Shown here: one piece after another, positions 52,403-63,192 of the stretch
Layout of the letters: each line of letters begins with the position of its first letter
Position numbering within the stretch: the first letter of the stretch is position 1
Assembly (NCBI GenBank): GCA_963814585.1
Contig: CAWFDF010000004.1
Location: 1-64,000 of the forward strand
Reading direction: 5' to 3'
Origin: an uncultured delta proteobacterium
Lineage (GTDB): Bacteria; Myxococcota; Myxococcia; Myxococcales; Anaeromyxobacteraceae
Length of the DNA stretch: 64,000 nt
Program-made: the position numbers and the translations under genes
The notes under the pieces: model-generated
Database searches by the model: none
Seen by the model: only the letters and a program-made list of their open reading frames with translations
Told to the model about the DNA's origin: nothing

Positions 52403-53899
52403 GTGGCCGGCGGCGCCCGGCTGGAGCGTCGCCCGAGGCGCCTCGCGATCCTCACATCGCCGGCCGTGTTCCTGGTCGCCATTGCCGCGATCTTCGTGTT
52501 GCGGGCACAGGACGACCCCGACTACTGGTGGCACCTCCGGGTGGGCGAGTGGATCGTGGACAACGCCGCGGTTCCCCGCACCGAGCTGCTGTCGTGGCTG
52601 TCTGGGGGAGGCCCCTGGACAGCGCCGAGCTGGGGAAGCGAGGTCGTTCTGTACCTCCTCCACGGTGCGACCGGGACCGCGGGCTCCGTGGTCCTGTTCT
52701 TCCTGGTGTCGCTCGGCATCCTCGCTGCGGTTGCCGCGCTTGCGCATCACGTCCGCCCCTCGCTGGGTCCCGGGTGGGTCGCCGGCCTGGTGCTTGCGAC
52801 CGCCGTCGTGGCGATGCCCGTCTGGGGTGCGCGCTCGCAGCTCTGGGATGTCCTGTTCGCGCTCGTCGCCCTCCTCGGGATGCTGCGCTATCTCGATCAC
52901 GGCCGCGTGCGCGGGCTGATCTTCATGCCGCTGCTCATGGTCGCTTGGGCGAACCTGCACGGCGCCGGCACCCTCGTCTACCTGCTGGTCGCGGCCGGCG
53001 TCATCGCCGGCGAGGTGTGGAACCGCAGGGCGTGGCGGCACGACGGTCCGTCCTGGCGCCCGCTGCTGCTCTCGGTCGCCGTGACGACGCTGGCGATCAG
53101 CCTCAACCCGTACGGCCCCGGGCTGTATGTGTACGGGTTCACAACGACCGCATCCGGCCCGACGGCGGACTACGTCCTCGAGTGGCTCAGCCCCAACTTC
53201 CACACGCTTGGCCTGCGTCCGGCGCAGCTCCTGGTGGCGTTCGGCCTCGTTGGGGTCATGGCCTTCGTCCGCGTGCGTGACGCCCGCACCGTGGCCCTGG
53301 TCTCGGGGTTCACCTTCATGTTCCTGCAGTCCGGACGCTATCTCGAGTTCCTCGCTCCCGTCGCATTCGGGCTCATGGGCCCGGCGATGCTGATCGGGAT
53401 GGCGCGGATCCTGCAGCCCATCGTCCCGTTGCACCTGCACTTCCACGACGGCCACCGCCGCTTCGCTGCCGTCGTGGGCGGCGTGCTCGGCGTGATCCTG
53501 CTCGTGGGTCGGTTCGCGATGGTGCCGACGCTCGAGGCTGAGGCGCTCGCCCGGTCAGAGCCCGTTGCCGCGGCGGCCTGGCTCGAGGCACATCCCCGGG
53601 CCGGCAGGCTGCTCAGCGAGTACGGGTGGGGTGGGTACCTGTCGCACGAGCTCCGCGTGCCCGTCGGGCCGTACGGGGCGTCAGACGCCTTCGGCGACGC
53701 GGTCGTCGCTGAGATCGATGGGCTGTTCGGCGGCACGGTCGACCCCGGGGAGTATCTCGACCGGAATGCCGTCGACACGGTCCTCGTGCCGGCCGCGTCG
53801 GTGCTCGGCAACTACCTGGAGGCGTCGCCCGCCTGGGAGCACCTCTATGGGGACGACCGCGACGCCGTGTTCGGCCGGGTCGCGCCTGTCACCCCGTGA
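52403..53899 (+). CDS. Multi-TM GT-C-like glycosyltransferase
   Basis: DPDYWWHLRVGEWI, W.SEV, WANLHG, NPYG, EW.SP, YGWGGYL; 11 or more TM. Confidence 0.7.
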   Translation: MAGGARLERRPRRLAILTSPAVFLVAIAAIFVLRAQDDPDYWWHLRVGEWIVDNAAVPRTELLSWLSGGGPWTAPSWGSEVVLYLLHGATGTAGSVVLFFLVSLGILAAVAALAHHVRPSLGPGWVAGLVLATAVVAMPVWGARSQLWDVLFALVALLGMLRYLDHGRVRGLIFMPLLMVAWANLHGAGTLVYLLVAAGVIAGEVWNRRAWRHDGPSWRPLLLSVAVTTLAISLNPYGPGLYVYGFTTTASGPTADYVLEWLSPNFHTLGLRPAQLLVAFGLVGVMAFVRVRDARTVALVSGFTFMFLQSGRYLEFLAPVAFGLMGPAMLIGMARILQPIVPLHLHFHDGHRRFAAVVGGVLGVILLVGRFAMVPTLEAEALARSEPVAAAAWLEAHPRAGRLLSEYGWGGYLSHELRVPVGPYGASDAFGDAVVAEIDGLFGGTVDPGEYLDRNAVDTVLVPAASVLGNYLEASPAWEHLYGDDRDAVFGRVAPVTP

Positions 53900-53923
53900 G
53901 GCGGCCGGTCGCCCCCTGATCCC

Positions 53924-54415
53924 TCAGACGCTTGCCGCGAGCACCTCGGGTGAGGCGTGGGGGCCGGTGACCAGGACTTCCGCGGCCTGGTCGGCGTTGC
54001 CGGGGGTCCGGATCAGGTAGCTGTTGTGGATCTCCAGCCCGCCCGACGAGAGCGTGGAGCCCACCGCGCAGTACTTCGTGGCCGACAGCTCGATCGCACG
54101 GCGGACGGCCTCGGGGTCGATCCCCTCGCCGTCGATCACGTGCTGGACGTCAAAGCGCGTGAAGTTGTGCGGGTGGCCGTCGACCTGGACGCCGCCGACG
54201 CGAACCTCGTAGCCCGTCACCGCCTGGCGCTTCTTGCGCAGGATGGAGATGACGTCCATCGCGGTGCAGCCGGCCAGCGCGACGCCGAGCAATTCCGACG
54301 GCCGTGCGCCAGTGTTGCCGACACCGTTGTCCATGACGACCGTGTGGCCGCTGCCGACGACGGCCTCGAAGCGCATGTCGCCGGCGAGGGTGACCGTTGC
54401 GGTCTGGGTGCTCAT
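53924..54415 (-). CDS. OsmC/YhfA family protein
   Basis: GARPSELLGVALAGCTAMDVISILRKKRQ...AIELSATKYCAV. Confidence 0.9.
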   Translation of the reverse strand: MSTQTATVTLAGDMRFEAVVGSGHTVVMDNGVGNTGARPSELLGVALAGCTAMDVISILRKKRQAVTGYEVRVGGVQVDGHPHNFTRFDVQHVIDGEGIDPEAVRRAIELSATKYCAVGSTLSSGGLEIHNSYLIRTPGNADQAAEVLVTGPHASPEVLAASV

Positions 54416-54601
54416 TGAGGGTGACTCCGTGAGGGTGGCGTTGTGTCTCGGAAGGCCCCCATCATCGGGCGTGATTGCGTGTTTGCGCAAATAGGCGAAC
54501 GGCCCGGTCTGGCGGTGCCGCTCGGCTCACGCGGCCGGGCTCTGCCGCCTCCTTGAGCTCCAACGGGCCATTCCAGAGTCAAGTGGTAGGATTTCCCGGC
54601 C

Positions 54602-54949
54602 ATGACAGAATCGCAGCCGTCCGCCGCCTCCTCGCCCGAGACCACCGTGGCCGATCCCGCCTTCGAGGCGCAGCGTCGGGCGCTGGAACTGGCGATCCTG
54701 GACTCGCTCCGGGCGGTGGTGGACCCGGAGATCGGGATGAACGTGGTGGAGCTCGCGCTGATCCGGCAGATCGTGCTGGGCCCGGACTCCACCGAGGTCA
54801 AGATGATCCTCACGACCCCGTTCTGCCCCTATGCCGGCGCGATGATCCAGCAGGTCAAGGAGCAGGCCGAGACCGTCGTCGACCATCCGGTGAAGGTCAC
54901 CTTGCTCGCCGAGCGCTGGGACCCGCGCGACGCGGGCCTGATGTGGTGA
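54602..54949 (+). CDS. Metal-sulfur cluster assembly factor (DUF59/SufT-like)
   Basis: LRAVVDPEIGMNVVELALI...MILTTPFCP. Confidence 0.9.
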   Translation: MTESQPSAASSPETTVADPAFEAQRRALELAILDSLRAVVDPEIGMNVVELALIRQIVLGPDSTEVKMILTTPFCPYAGAMIQQVKEQAETVVDHPVKVTLLAERWDPRDAGLMW

Positions 54950-54977
54950 TCGCACCAGCGCCCTGCCGACCCACCCG

Positions 54978-55649
54978 ATGACCGACAACCGCCTCCAGTA
55001 CGACAGCGCCGTCGCGACGGGTCGCGGTGACGACGGCACGACCGCCCTGCTCTACGGCGGCGAGCGCGTGTCGAAGGACGACCTCGCGACCGAGGCCTAC
55101 GGCGCCGTCGACGAGGCTGTCGCCGCACTCGGCCTCGCCCGCGCAGAGCTCTCCGCGATGGCGCAGGACGGCTCACTGAACCCGATGCTCGCGACGATCG
55201 CGGACATCGTGCTGCGGATCCAGCGAGAACTGTTCGTCGTGGGCGCGGAGCTCGCGACCAACCCCGGGGCGCGCGACCGCGGCCGCGACGGCACGACGCG
55301 CGTGTCGGCCGCGATGGTCGAGGAAATGGACGCCACGCTGCGCGAGATCGAGGCCGGGATCGTGCTGCCACAGGAGTTCGTGATCCCCGGGGAGACGCGC
55401 CTGTCGGCCGCCCTCGAGGTCGGCCGGACGGTGCTGCGGCGTGCAGAACGCCGGGCCGTTACCCTTGCGCACCACGACCCAGGACTGGCGGACAGCCGGC
55501 TCCTGCCGTACCTCAACAGACTTGCCGACCTGCTCTGGATCCTCGCACGGGCCGCGGAGCGGGCCGAGGCCAGGGAAGCGACAACGGCCAGGCCGGTGGC
55601 CACGCAGGACCGGCAATCCCGAGCGACCCCAATCGAAGGGAGCGAATGA
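54978..55649 (+). CDS. PduO-type ATP:cob(I)alamin adenosyltransferase
   Basis: TGRGDDGTT.L..GERVSK, EAYGAVDE, FVIPG, RTVLRRAER, YLNRLADLL. Confidence 0.92.
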   Translation: MTDNRLQYDSAVATGRGDDGTTALLYGGERVSKDDLATEAYGAVDEAVAALGLARAELSAMAQDGSLNPMLATIADIVLRIQRELFVVGAELATNPGARDRGRDGTTRVSAAMVEEMDATLREIEAGIVLPQEFVIPGETRLSAALEVGRTVLRRAERRAVTLAHHDPGLADSRLLPYLNRLADLLWILARAAERAEAREATTARPVATQDRQSRATPIEGSE

Positions 55650-56362
55650 TGAGCGGCACCCCGTACACCCCGACGCAGCTTGGCGTCCGCCCGGCACCCG
55701 CCCTGGTCCAGCAGCTCCTGGTCGGTGCGTTCGGCTGGATGTTCGCCGGCCTGCTGCTCTCGGCCGGCGTCACCTACCTGGTGGCCACAAGCCCGCAGAT
55801 GCTCTCAACGGTCACGGATTGGTGGCTTGGCATCGTGCTGCTGCAGCTGGCCCTGGGCATCGGCATCCAGGTGGCGATCAACAAGGTGTCGGCCACCGTC
55901 TCGCTGCTGCTGTTCTTCGTCTACGCAGCCACCATGGGCCTGACGATCGGCGTGATCGTGTGGTCCGTGCTGCAGACGCCGGGCGGCGTGACCGCCGTGT
56001 CCTCGGCCTTCTTCTCTGCGGCCGCAATGTTCGGGGCGGCCGCGGTCTACGGCGCGGTCACCAAGCGCAATCTCGCGAGCATGGGCGGGATCCTGTTCAT
56101 GGGCCTGATCGGGATCATGGTCGCCATGGTCATCAACATCTTCCTGGCATCCGAGGCTGTCAGCTGGGTGATCTCGATCCTCGGCGTGGTGCTGTTCACG
56201 GCCCTGACTGCGTACGACGTGCAGCGCATCACACGCGGCGACTACGCCGCGATGACAGGGTCACCCGAGCGCGCCTCGATCCTGGCGGCGCTCCACCTGT
56301 ACCTGAACTTCATCAACATGTTCCTGTTCCTGCTGCGCATCTTCGGCGGCAACCGGGGCTAG
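55646..56362 (+). CDS. Bax inhibitor-1/YccA family membrane protein
   Basis: Seven TM; LFTALTAYDVQRI, AALHLYLNFINMFLFLLRIFG. Confidence 0.92.
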   Translation: MMSGTPYTPTQLGVRPAPALVQQLLVGAFGWMFAGLLLSAGVTYLVATSPQMLSTVTDWWLGIVLLQLALGIGIQVAINKVSATVSLLLFFVYAATMGLTIGVIVWSVLQTPGGVTAVSSAFFSAAAMFGAAAVYGAVTKRNLASMGGILFMGLIGIMVAMVINIFLASEAVSWVISILGVVLFTALTAYDVQRITRGDYAAMTGSPERASILAALHLYLNFINMFLFLLRIFGGNRG

Positions 56363-56404
56363 CGCCTCCCGGGGGCAGAGCGCGACCCGAGGCCGAGGAG
56401 CAGC

Positions 56405-59400
56405 CTAGCGAGCCCCGAGGACGACCCGAGTGCCGGTCGTCGAGGCGAGGAGCGCCTCCATCGCGTGGGTCGCCAGCGGGCGGGCAAACCAGTAGCCCTG
56501 GCCCCGGTCGCAGTCGAGCTCTCGGAGTGATGCGAGCTGCGCGGCGGTCTCGATGCCCTCGGCGACGACGTCGATGCCGAGCCCGTGGGCGAGCGAGATG
56601 ACCGCCTGCACGATCGGGAGGTCGGCGGGTCCGAGCCGAGCCCGGACACGAACGAGCGGTCAACCTTGATCGTGTCCAGCGGCAGCCGGCGCAGATAGGA
56701 GAGCGATGAGTAGCCGGTCCCGAAGTCGTCGAGGACGAGCCTGACGCCCAGAGCGCGGAGCCCGCGAAGCCGCTCCACCGAAGCCTCGGACTGGTCCATC
56801 ACGACGCTCTCGGTGATCTCGAGCTCCAGGGCGCCCGGGGCCACGCCCGAGTGGTCCAGGATCGCGGCCACGTTGCTGATGAGGTCCGCCTGGGCGAACT
56901 GGCGGGCCGACAGGTTCACGCTCACCTGGAGGTTCGCCGCCACCGGGAACCGGCGCTGCCAGTCGCGCAGCTGGTGGCACGCCGTCTCCAGCACCCATCG
57001 CCCGATGGGAAGGATGAGGCCCGTCTCCTCGGCAAGGGGGATGAAGGCGAGTGGCGGCACAATGCCACGCAGGGGGTGGTCCCAGCGGAGCAGGGCCTCC
57101 ATGCCCACCACGGCGCCGGTCGCGAGGTCCACCAGCGGCTGGTAGTGCAACAGCAGCTCGGACCGCTCGAGTGCCCGGTGCAGGTCGTTCTCCATTGTGG
57201 CCCGGTCCAGGGTCTGGGCCCGCATCTCCGGGTCGAACACGATGACCTTGCCGATGGGATCGGACTTCGCGCGGTGGAGCGCGATCTCCGCCTCGCGGAG
57301 CAGGTCCCCCGGACGCGTCGCGGCCACGTTGCTCACGGCGATCCCGAGGCTGGCGCCGATGGACAGCTCGTGTCCGTCGAGATCGAACGGCGTGGCCAGC
57401 ATCGCCTCGACGCGACCGGCAACGCGCTCCGCCTCACGCGTGCTGCGCACCGTTCCGAGCAGGATGCCGAACTCGTCCGACCCGAGCCGGGCCACGGTGT
57501 CCGTGGTGCGAGCGGCAGCGAGGAGGCGTTGCGCGACCTGGGTGAGGAGCAGGTCGCCCGCGGCGTGGCCAAGGCTCTCGTTCACGACCTTGAACCGGTC
57601 CAGGTCCAGGATGATCAGTGCCACCCGCCTGGCGGTCGCGCGTCGGTGGCCCTGCTCGCGGCCGGCCGTGTCGAGCTGCTCGGCCAGGCGGTTCATGAGC
57701 AGGGTGCGGTTCGGCAGTGCGGTCAGCTGGTCATGCAGCGCGGCATGCGCCCGGCTGCGCACCTCGGTCTGTGCCCGCTCGAACAGCCGCGCGTTGTCCA
57801 GGGCGATCGATGCGAGCTGCCCGAACCGTGCCAGTGCTTCCACCTCGCGCTCCGAGAACGGGCGCGACGTATCGCCGAGGCCAGGCCGATGAGGCCGAGC
57901 ACCTCGTCCCCCGACGTCAGCGGCACCGCACAGATCGCGCCGAACTGGCTGGCAGGAAGATCGGGCGCGCGACCTGGGTACTCGGCGTAGTCGTCCACGA
58001 CGACGGGCAGGCCCGTCGACACGACCGCCCACCCGACGCCGGTGCCCGCTGGCAGTCGGTAGCCGTCCATGTGCGCGAACACGCCGGTGCCGACCCGCGC
58101 CACCAGGGCCAGCTCGCCATCGATGCCCGGTTCGGGGCTCTCGAGCAGGTACAGGAAGCCGTGCTTCACGCCGACGAGGCTGGCGGCCCGCTCCACGATC
58201 TCCGTCAGCAGCTCTCGCGGCTCAAGGCGCTCGAGCAGCTTGAGGGTCGTCTGGTCGACGGCCGCGAGGTAGAGGTCGCGGGTGGGGTCGTTCGCCGGCA
58301 GGCGCGTGCGATCGGGCGGCTTTGCAAGGTACAAGGCGCGGTCAGCGGTCGCGACGAGCCCGTCCTTGTCCTGTGCGTCCTGGGGGAAGTGCGCGATGCC
58401 CACGCTCACCGTGACCGGCGGGCCGAACGCGGCCGTCACGCGGACCACGCCTTCGCGAATGCGCTCAGTGACCTCGCGCGCCCCGTGCTCGTCGACACCC
58501 GGGACCAGGATCGCGAACTCGTCGCCTCCGTACCGGTACACGCGATCCGCGTCACGAACGGTGTCGGTCATGACGGCTGCGATCCGACTGAGCAGGGCAT
58601 CACCTGCCGGGTGGCCGTTGGTGTCGTTGTAGGCCTTGAACGCGTCGAGATCGAGCATCAGCAGGGCGAACGGGTCGCCGTGCGCAATGCGCTCGCCCAG
58701 CTCGCGCTGGAAGGCGCCGTGGTTGCGCACGCCGGTCAGCGCGTCGTGTTCGGCGCGGGTCATCACCTCGCCGTGCGTCTCGGCGTTGCGCAGCGCGATG
58801 GACGCCTGGGCGGCGAACAGCTGGACGAGCTCGAACTCGTCACGCGAGAAGTGCGCCTCATCGCCGCCCATCCGAGCGAGGTTGAGCGTGCCGACGACCT
58901 CGCCCGCCACCAGGAGCGGGCATACGATCATCGACTCCGGCTCCTCGGGCGTGCCCGGGATCTGCATCGACCGGGGATCGAGGTGCGCGTCGTTGGCGAG
59001 GACGGCCTCGCCGATCCGGATGGCCCAGCCCGTGATCCCGCCGTCGAGCGGTGCCTCGTGCGACATGATCAGCTCGGCGAACCGGTCGCGCGCCACCACG
59101 GCCCGCCGCACCCAGGCGACACGGTCCACCCGGTAGATCGTGAGCGAGTCGTACGAGACGACGGCCTTGAGCGTGTCCGCGATCATCTCGAGGATGCCAC
59201 TCGGGTCGAGCGTCCCGAGCAGGCGCTCGTTGACCTCAAGGAGCCGCCGCTGGCTGTCGAGACGATGGTGGAGCTGCTGCTGCTGACTGCGGACCTGGTC
59301 GAACGCCTCGGCGTTCACCAGGGCCTGCGCGGCGTACCCGGCGAAGATCTCCAGCGTCCGCTGGTCGTCCTCGGAGTACTGCTCGTACCCGGCCTTCGAC

Positions 59401-60380
59401 AGCACGATGATGCCCATCACCCGCGACTCGTATGACATCGGGACGAGCAGCATCGATTTGGCGCCGCGGCTGGCACCCAGCTGCAGGCCACGCGGGTCGG
59501 CTTCTGCGTCACCCAGGCGGATCGCGCGGTTGTGGAGCGCGACCCACCCTGTCAGGCCCTCGCCGACCCGCAGCCGGAGGTCGTCCCTCGTGGGTGTGCC
59601 GATCCCCATGAACTCGCCCTGCACCGCGACGGGCTCGCACATCTGGGTGACGTGGTCCACGCGGTACACCCGGATCGTGTCGTGCCCGATCAGCTTGTCC
59701 GCCTCGGCAACGATCGCCTCTCCGATCCCGGCCACGTCCTGGATCCTGTTCAGCCGCGAGGACAGCTCCTGGATCGCCCGCAGCCGGGCCGCGCCGTCCC
59801 GCACCGTGTTGAACAGGCGGGCGTTCGCGACGGCGTTCGCCATCTGGCCGGCGAACGTGGCGCACAGCTCGAGCTCGTCCGGCGGCCAGTCGTAGGCGGA
59901 CTCGTGGAACAGCACCAGGAGCCCGAGCGACTCGTCCCGGAGCACGAGGGGGACATAGTTGGCCGTGCGGAAGCCACTGCGGGCGTGGATTGCACCGAAC
60001 GCCGGCGAGTCCTGGGTCGAACCTGCACCAGCGGCCGCCGCTCGGCGATCGCCCGCAGGCCCATGACATCCATGTCTCCCGTGATCGCCGCAGCGGCCTC
60101 GATCAGCTCGTGCGACAGGTTGCGCTGCGCCGCGAGCCGAAGCGGGTGGGGACCGGGGACCACGAGCCACAGGCCGGCCGCATCCGATCCGAACAGCGCC
60201 TGCGAGGAGTCCAGGATGTCGCGGAAGACATCCTCGAAGCTCGAGGTTCCCTGAGACCTCGGCCACGACGCGCCGAAGCGCGATGACACGCGCGTCATCA
60301 GGTCGCGGCGGCGCAAGGGGGCGCTTCGCGGGCGGCGTCCGAAGGCGTCGGACCGGACTGCTCTCATGTGCGAGGGCCAT
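56405..60380 (-). CDS. c-di-GMP protein GAF-GAF-GAF-GGDEF-GAF-GGDEF(degenerate)-EAL (apparent frameshifts near 60240, 60018, 57880, 56630)
   Basis: DLDAFKAYNDTNGHPAGD..YRYGGDEF; second domain DLDRFKVVNESLGH..RLGSDEF; YQP..EALLRW, LEITE, DDFGTGYSSL, KVDRSFV, AEGIE, QGYWF. Confidence 0.88.
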
Positions 60381-60629
60381 GACGGCGGGGGTTCCCGATT
60401 TACTCCGCTCAGATGGGGACGGCCCCGACGGCCGAGGTGTCAAGTCGCACCGTATCCGAACGGGTGGTGGTCCCTCTCTAGGACGGTCGTACCCCCTGAG
60501 GGCCGGACTGGAGCCCGCTCGTGGTCTGGGCCGGGCGGCGTGGCGGCTGTTTCGGCCCACCGGCAGTCACATCGGCCCCTGCCGGTGCCCGGGCGTCTCC
60601 GGTGCGACCCGTGGGCGATACTGTCCCGC

Positions 60630-61748
60630 GTGCCCGCCGCCGACCCGCTCGTCACGGCCTTCTCGTTCCGCCGATCGCTCCTGGACGGATCGGGCGAGGG
60701 CGCCCTCGAGGTGCTCGAGTCCACGGTCGGCGTATACGCCGCGAACCCGAGCGGGCCGCTCTCGATCCGGGTGCGTGCTCCCGCGGTCACGCCCGCGGAG
60801 GTGCTGGCGCTGGAACCAGCCGCGGCGGAGCGCACTCGGGCGATGCGGACCTCTGCGTTCCTCGTGCCGCGCCGGACGGCTCCCCTCATCCGCGCCGCCA
60901 CGGCGCAGCCCCTCGACCGGTTCGCCTGGATGCTCCGCGCAGCGGGCGTGACGCAAGCGCAGCTCCCGGATGTGCGAGCCCGCGTCCGGGCCGCCGCCAA
61001 CGTGCCCGTCACGGCCCGCGATCTTCGCGTCCTGGCCGGCCTCGGTGACGTCGCGATCAGCCCACTGCTGTCCTACCTCTCGATGGCGGGTGACCTCCGG
61101 GTGCTCGGTCCCGGCTCGGTGACGTCCAACGCGTCCCGGTACGTCGCCGCAGATCTGGGTGCGGAGCAGGACGCGGCGCCCGCGGGGGAGTCGGCCCGCG
61201 CCTGGCTGGCCGGCGCCTACCTGCGTGGGTTCGGCCCCGTGCGCGTGGACGACCTGGCGTGGTGGGCGGGCTGGAGCAGGTCGCATGCCGTGGCCGCGCT
61301 CGCCGCGCATGACACCGTGGACGTGGGCGGCGGCCTGCTCCTGGCGGCCGAGGATGTCGCCGCGTTCGGGCGCTTGGCGCCACCCGCCGACCGGGTCACG
61401 CTGCTGCCGAAGTGGGACCCGTGGACCATGGGCTATCCCCAGGACGGTCGGGAGCGGTTCGTCGACCGCGACGTGCACGACCGGCTGTTCGACGGGGATG
61501 GGAACGGCCTCGGCGCCATCCTCGTGAACGGCAGAGCCGTGGGCGCGTGGGGACATCGAGGCGTCGGCCGCCGGATGGAGGCCCGCGTGGACCTGTTCGA
61601 CGGCCGGGTTGCGGGCGCGAGCCTGCGTTCAACGGTCGAGGCAGAACTTGCGTCCATCGCCGCGTTCCTCGGGTATCGCGACCTTCGCGTGGTGGACGCT
61701 GCGACGGTGGTGCCGGATCGGCCACGCGTCCGGAAGCCGCTCGCGTAG
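60630..61748 (+). CDS. HTH_42/AlkZ-like winged-helix protein (DNA glycosylase-like family)
   Basis: RAMRTSAFLV, YLRGFGPV..DDLAWWAG, LLPKWDPW.MGY, ILVNGRAVGAW. Confidence 0.75.
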   Translation: MPAADPLVTAFSFRRSLLDGSGEGALEVLESTVGVYAANPSGPLSIRVRAPAVTPAEVLALEPAAAERTRAMRTSAFLVPRRTAPLIRAATAQPLDRFAWMLRAAGVTQAQLPDVRARVRAAANVPVTARDLRVLAGLGDVAISPLLSYLSMAGDLRVLGPGSVTSNASRYVAADLGAEQDAAPAGESARAWLAGAYLRGFGPVRVDDLAWWAGWSRSHAVAALAAHDTVDVGGGLLLAAEDVAAFGRLAPPADRVTLLPKWDPWTMGYPQDGRERFVDRDVHDRLFDGDGNGLGAILVNGRAVGAWGHRGVGRRMEARVDLFDGRVAGASLRSTVEAELASIAAFLGYRDLRVVDAATVVPDRPRVRKPLA

Positions 61749-61951
61749 CCGGCGGCGCGCCGGACCCACCAGGAGCAGCGCTGCCTTGCCGCCACCCCGG
61801 TCCCGCCACAGGCCTCCATCCGGCCCGGGCCAGTTCCGCCGCCTCGCCCGGGTTCCACGCCATTGGGCCCTCCCGGGCGTCATCGGTGCCGCAGACGATT
61901 GGGCTGCAGGTCGTATCGCGCGCTGGACGGCGCGCCAGGGAGGGACGAACG

Positions 61952-62473
61952 GTGAAGGTCCTCGTCAGCGCGGCGACGCGCCACGGGTCGACGGTGGAGA
62001 TCGCCGCGTCCATTGGGGCGGCGCTGCAGGCCGCCGGCCTCGAGACCTACATCCTCGCCCCGTCCGAGGTGGACGGGTTCGCCGGATATGACGCCGCCGT
62101 CATCGGTAGCGGGGTCTACGTCGGGAAGTGGCTGGAGCCCGCCCGGGATCTCGTCGAGCATCACAAGTCGGAGTTGCTCGCGATCCCGGTGTGGCTGTTC
62201 TCGAGCGGTCCTGTCGGGGAGCCGCCCAAACCGGCGGAGGATCCCGCCGACGCGCTCGCGCTCGTCGATCTTGTCCATGCCCGTGGCCACCGGACGATCC
62301 CCGGTGCCGTCGACAAGAAGAAGCTGGGCTTCGGCGAGCGTGCCGTCATGGCGGCCGTCCGGGCGCCAGAGGGCGACTTCAGGCCGTGGGACGAGATCTC
62401 CGCGTGGGCACAGGAGATTGCAGCCTCGCTGGGGGTGGCCTCGCATCCGACTGGGAGCAGTCAGGGGGCGTAG
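61952..62473 (+). CDS. Flavodoxin domain protein (HemG-like)
   Basis: KVLVSAATRHGSTVEIA, YDAAVIGSGVY.GKW, PVWLFSSGP, GDFRPWDEI.AWA. Confidence 0.88.
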   Translation: MKVLVSAATRHGSTVEIAASIGAALQAAGLETYILAPSEVDGFAGYDAAVIGSGVYVGKWLEPARDLVEHHKSELLAIPVWLFSSGPVGEPPKPAEDPADALALVDLVHARGHRTIPGAVDKKKLGFGERAVMAAVRAPEGDFRPWDEISAWAQEIAASLGVASHPTGSSQGA

Positions 62474-63120
62474 CTGTCCATCACGACGGAGCGCAGGTCG
62501 GACGCCGCGACGCCGAGGGCCTTGGCGGTGCCCGGCCACCAGGTGGCGTACCAGCCCCCGGCCATCGCTGCTGTGCTCCACGTCGCGTCGTCGAAGTTGA
62601 CGCCAACGGAGTGGACCGCGTCACCAACCTGACCAACGACGACCGTGCGCGCACCGGAGGACGACTGCAGCACCTCGAGGTCATGGATGCCCAGCGTGCC
62701 GTCCTCGGGTGTCCCGGTCGTCGGGCCATAGCCCGCCACGGGCCGAGCCTCCGCCGTCGCGGATCCGTCTTCGGCTACCTCCGCCCGGCAGAGGACCGCG
62801 CTCGCGTCATCCGCGAACACCATCGTCAGCAGCCCGACGCCACGCGCGTCGAGCACCCGCAGTGGGAGCGCCGCGACCTCGTCACGTGTCCGGCACGCTG
62901 CTTCGCCGGCCGCAGCCACGGCGGTCGACGGCCGGATCGGTGCCGGGCGCCATCGGCCGAACGTCGCGGCATCGGCCTGGGCTGCCACATCGGGCGTCGG
63001 TGGGGGTGTGCGCACGCCTGTAGCCAGCCGACCGGATGCGATCGGCTCGGGGCCGGGGGCACAGGCGCTGCTGGCGAACAGGACAGCCGCCAACCAGACA
63101 AGGGAACCGAGGAGACGCAT
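62461..63120 (-). CDS. Lipoprotein of unknown function
   Basis: MRLLGSLVWLAAVLFASSAC lipobox-like; C-terminal GGWYATWWP. Confidence 0.68.
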   Translation of the reverse strand: MRLLGSLVWLAAVLFASSACAPGPEPIASGRLATGVRTPPPTPDVAAQADAATFGRWRPAPIRPSTAVAAAGEAACRTRDEVAALPLRVLDARGVGLLTMVFADDASAVLCRAEVAEDGSATAEARPVAGYGPTTGTPEDGTLGIHDLEVLQSSSGARTVVVGQVGDAVHSVGVNFDDATWSTAAMAGGWYATWWPGTAKALGVAASDLRSVVMDSYAP

Positions 63121-63192
63121 ATCTGCTGATACGCCGACCGAGACGGCAAGGTTCACCACGGGTACACGAAGGCACCGTCGCTGGCACAGCCG

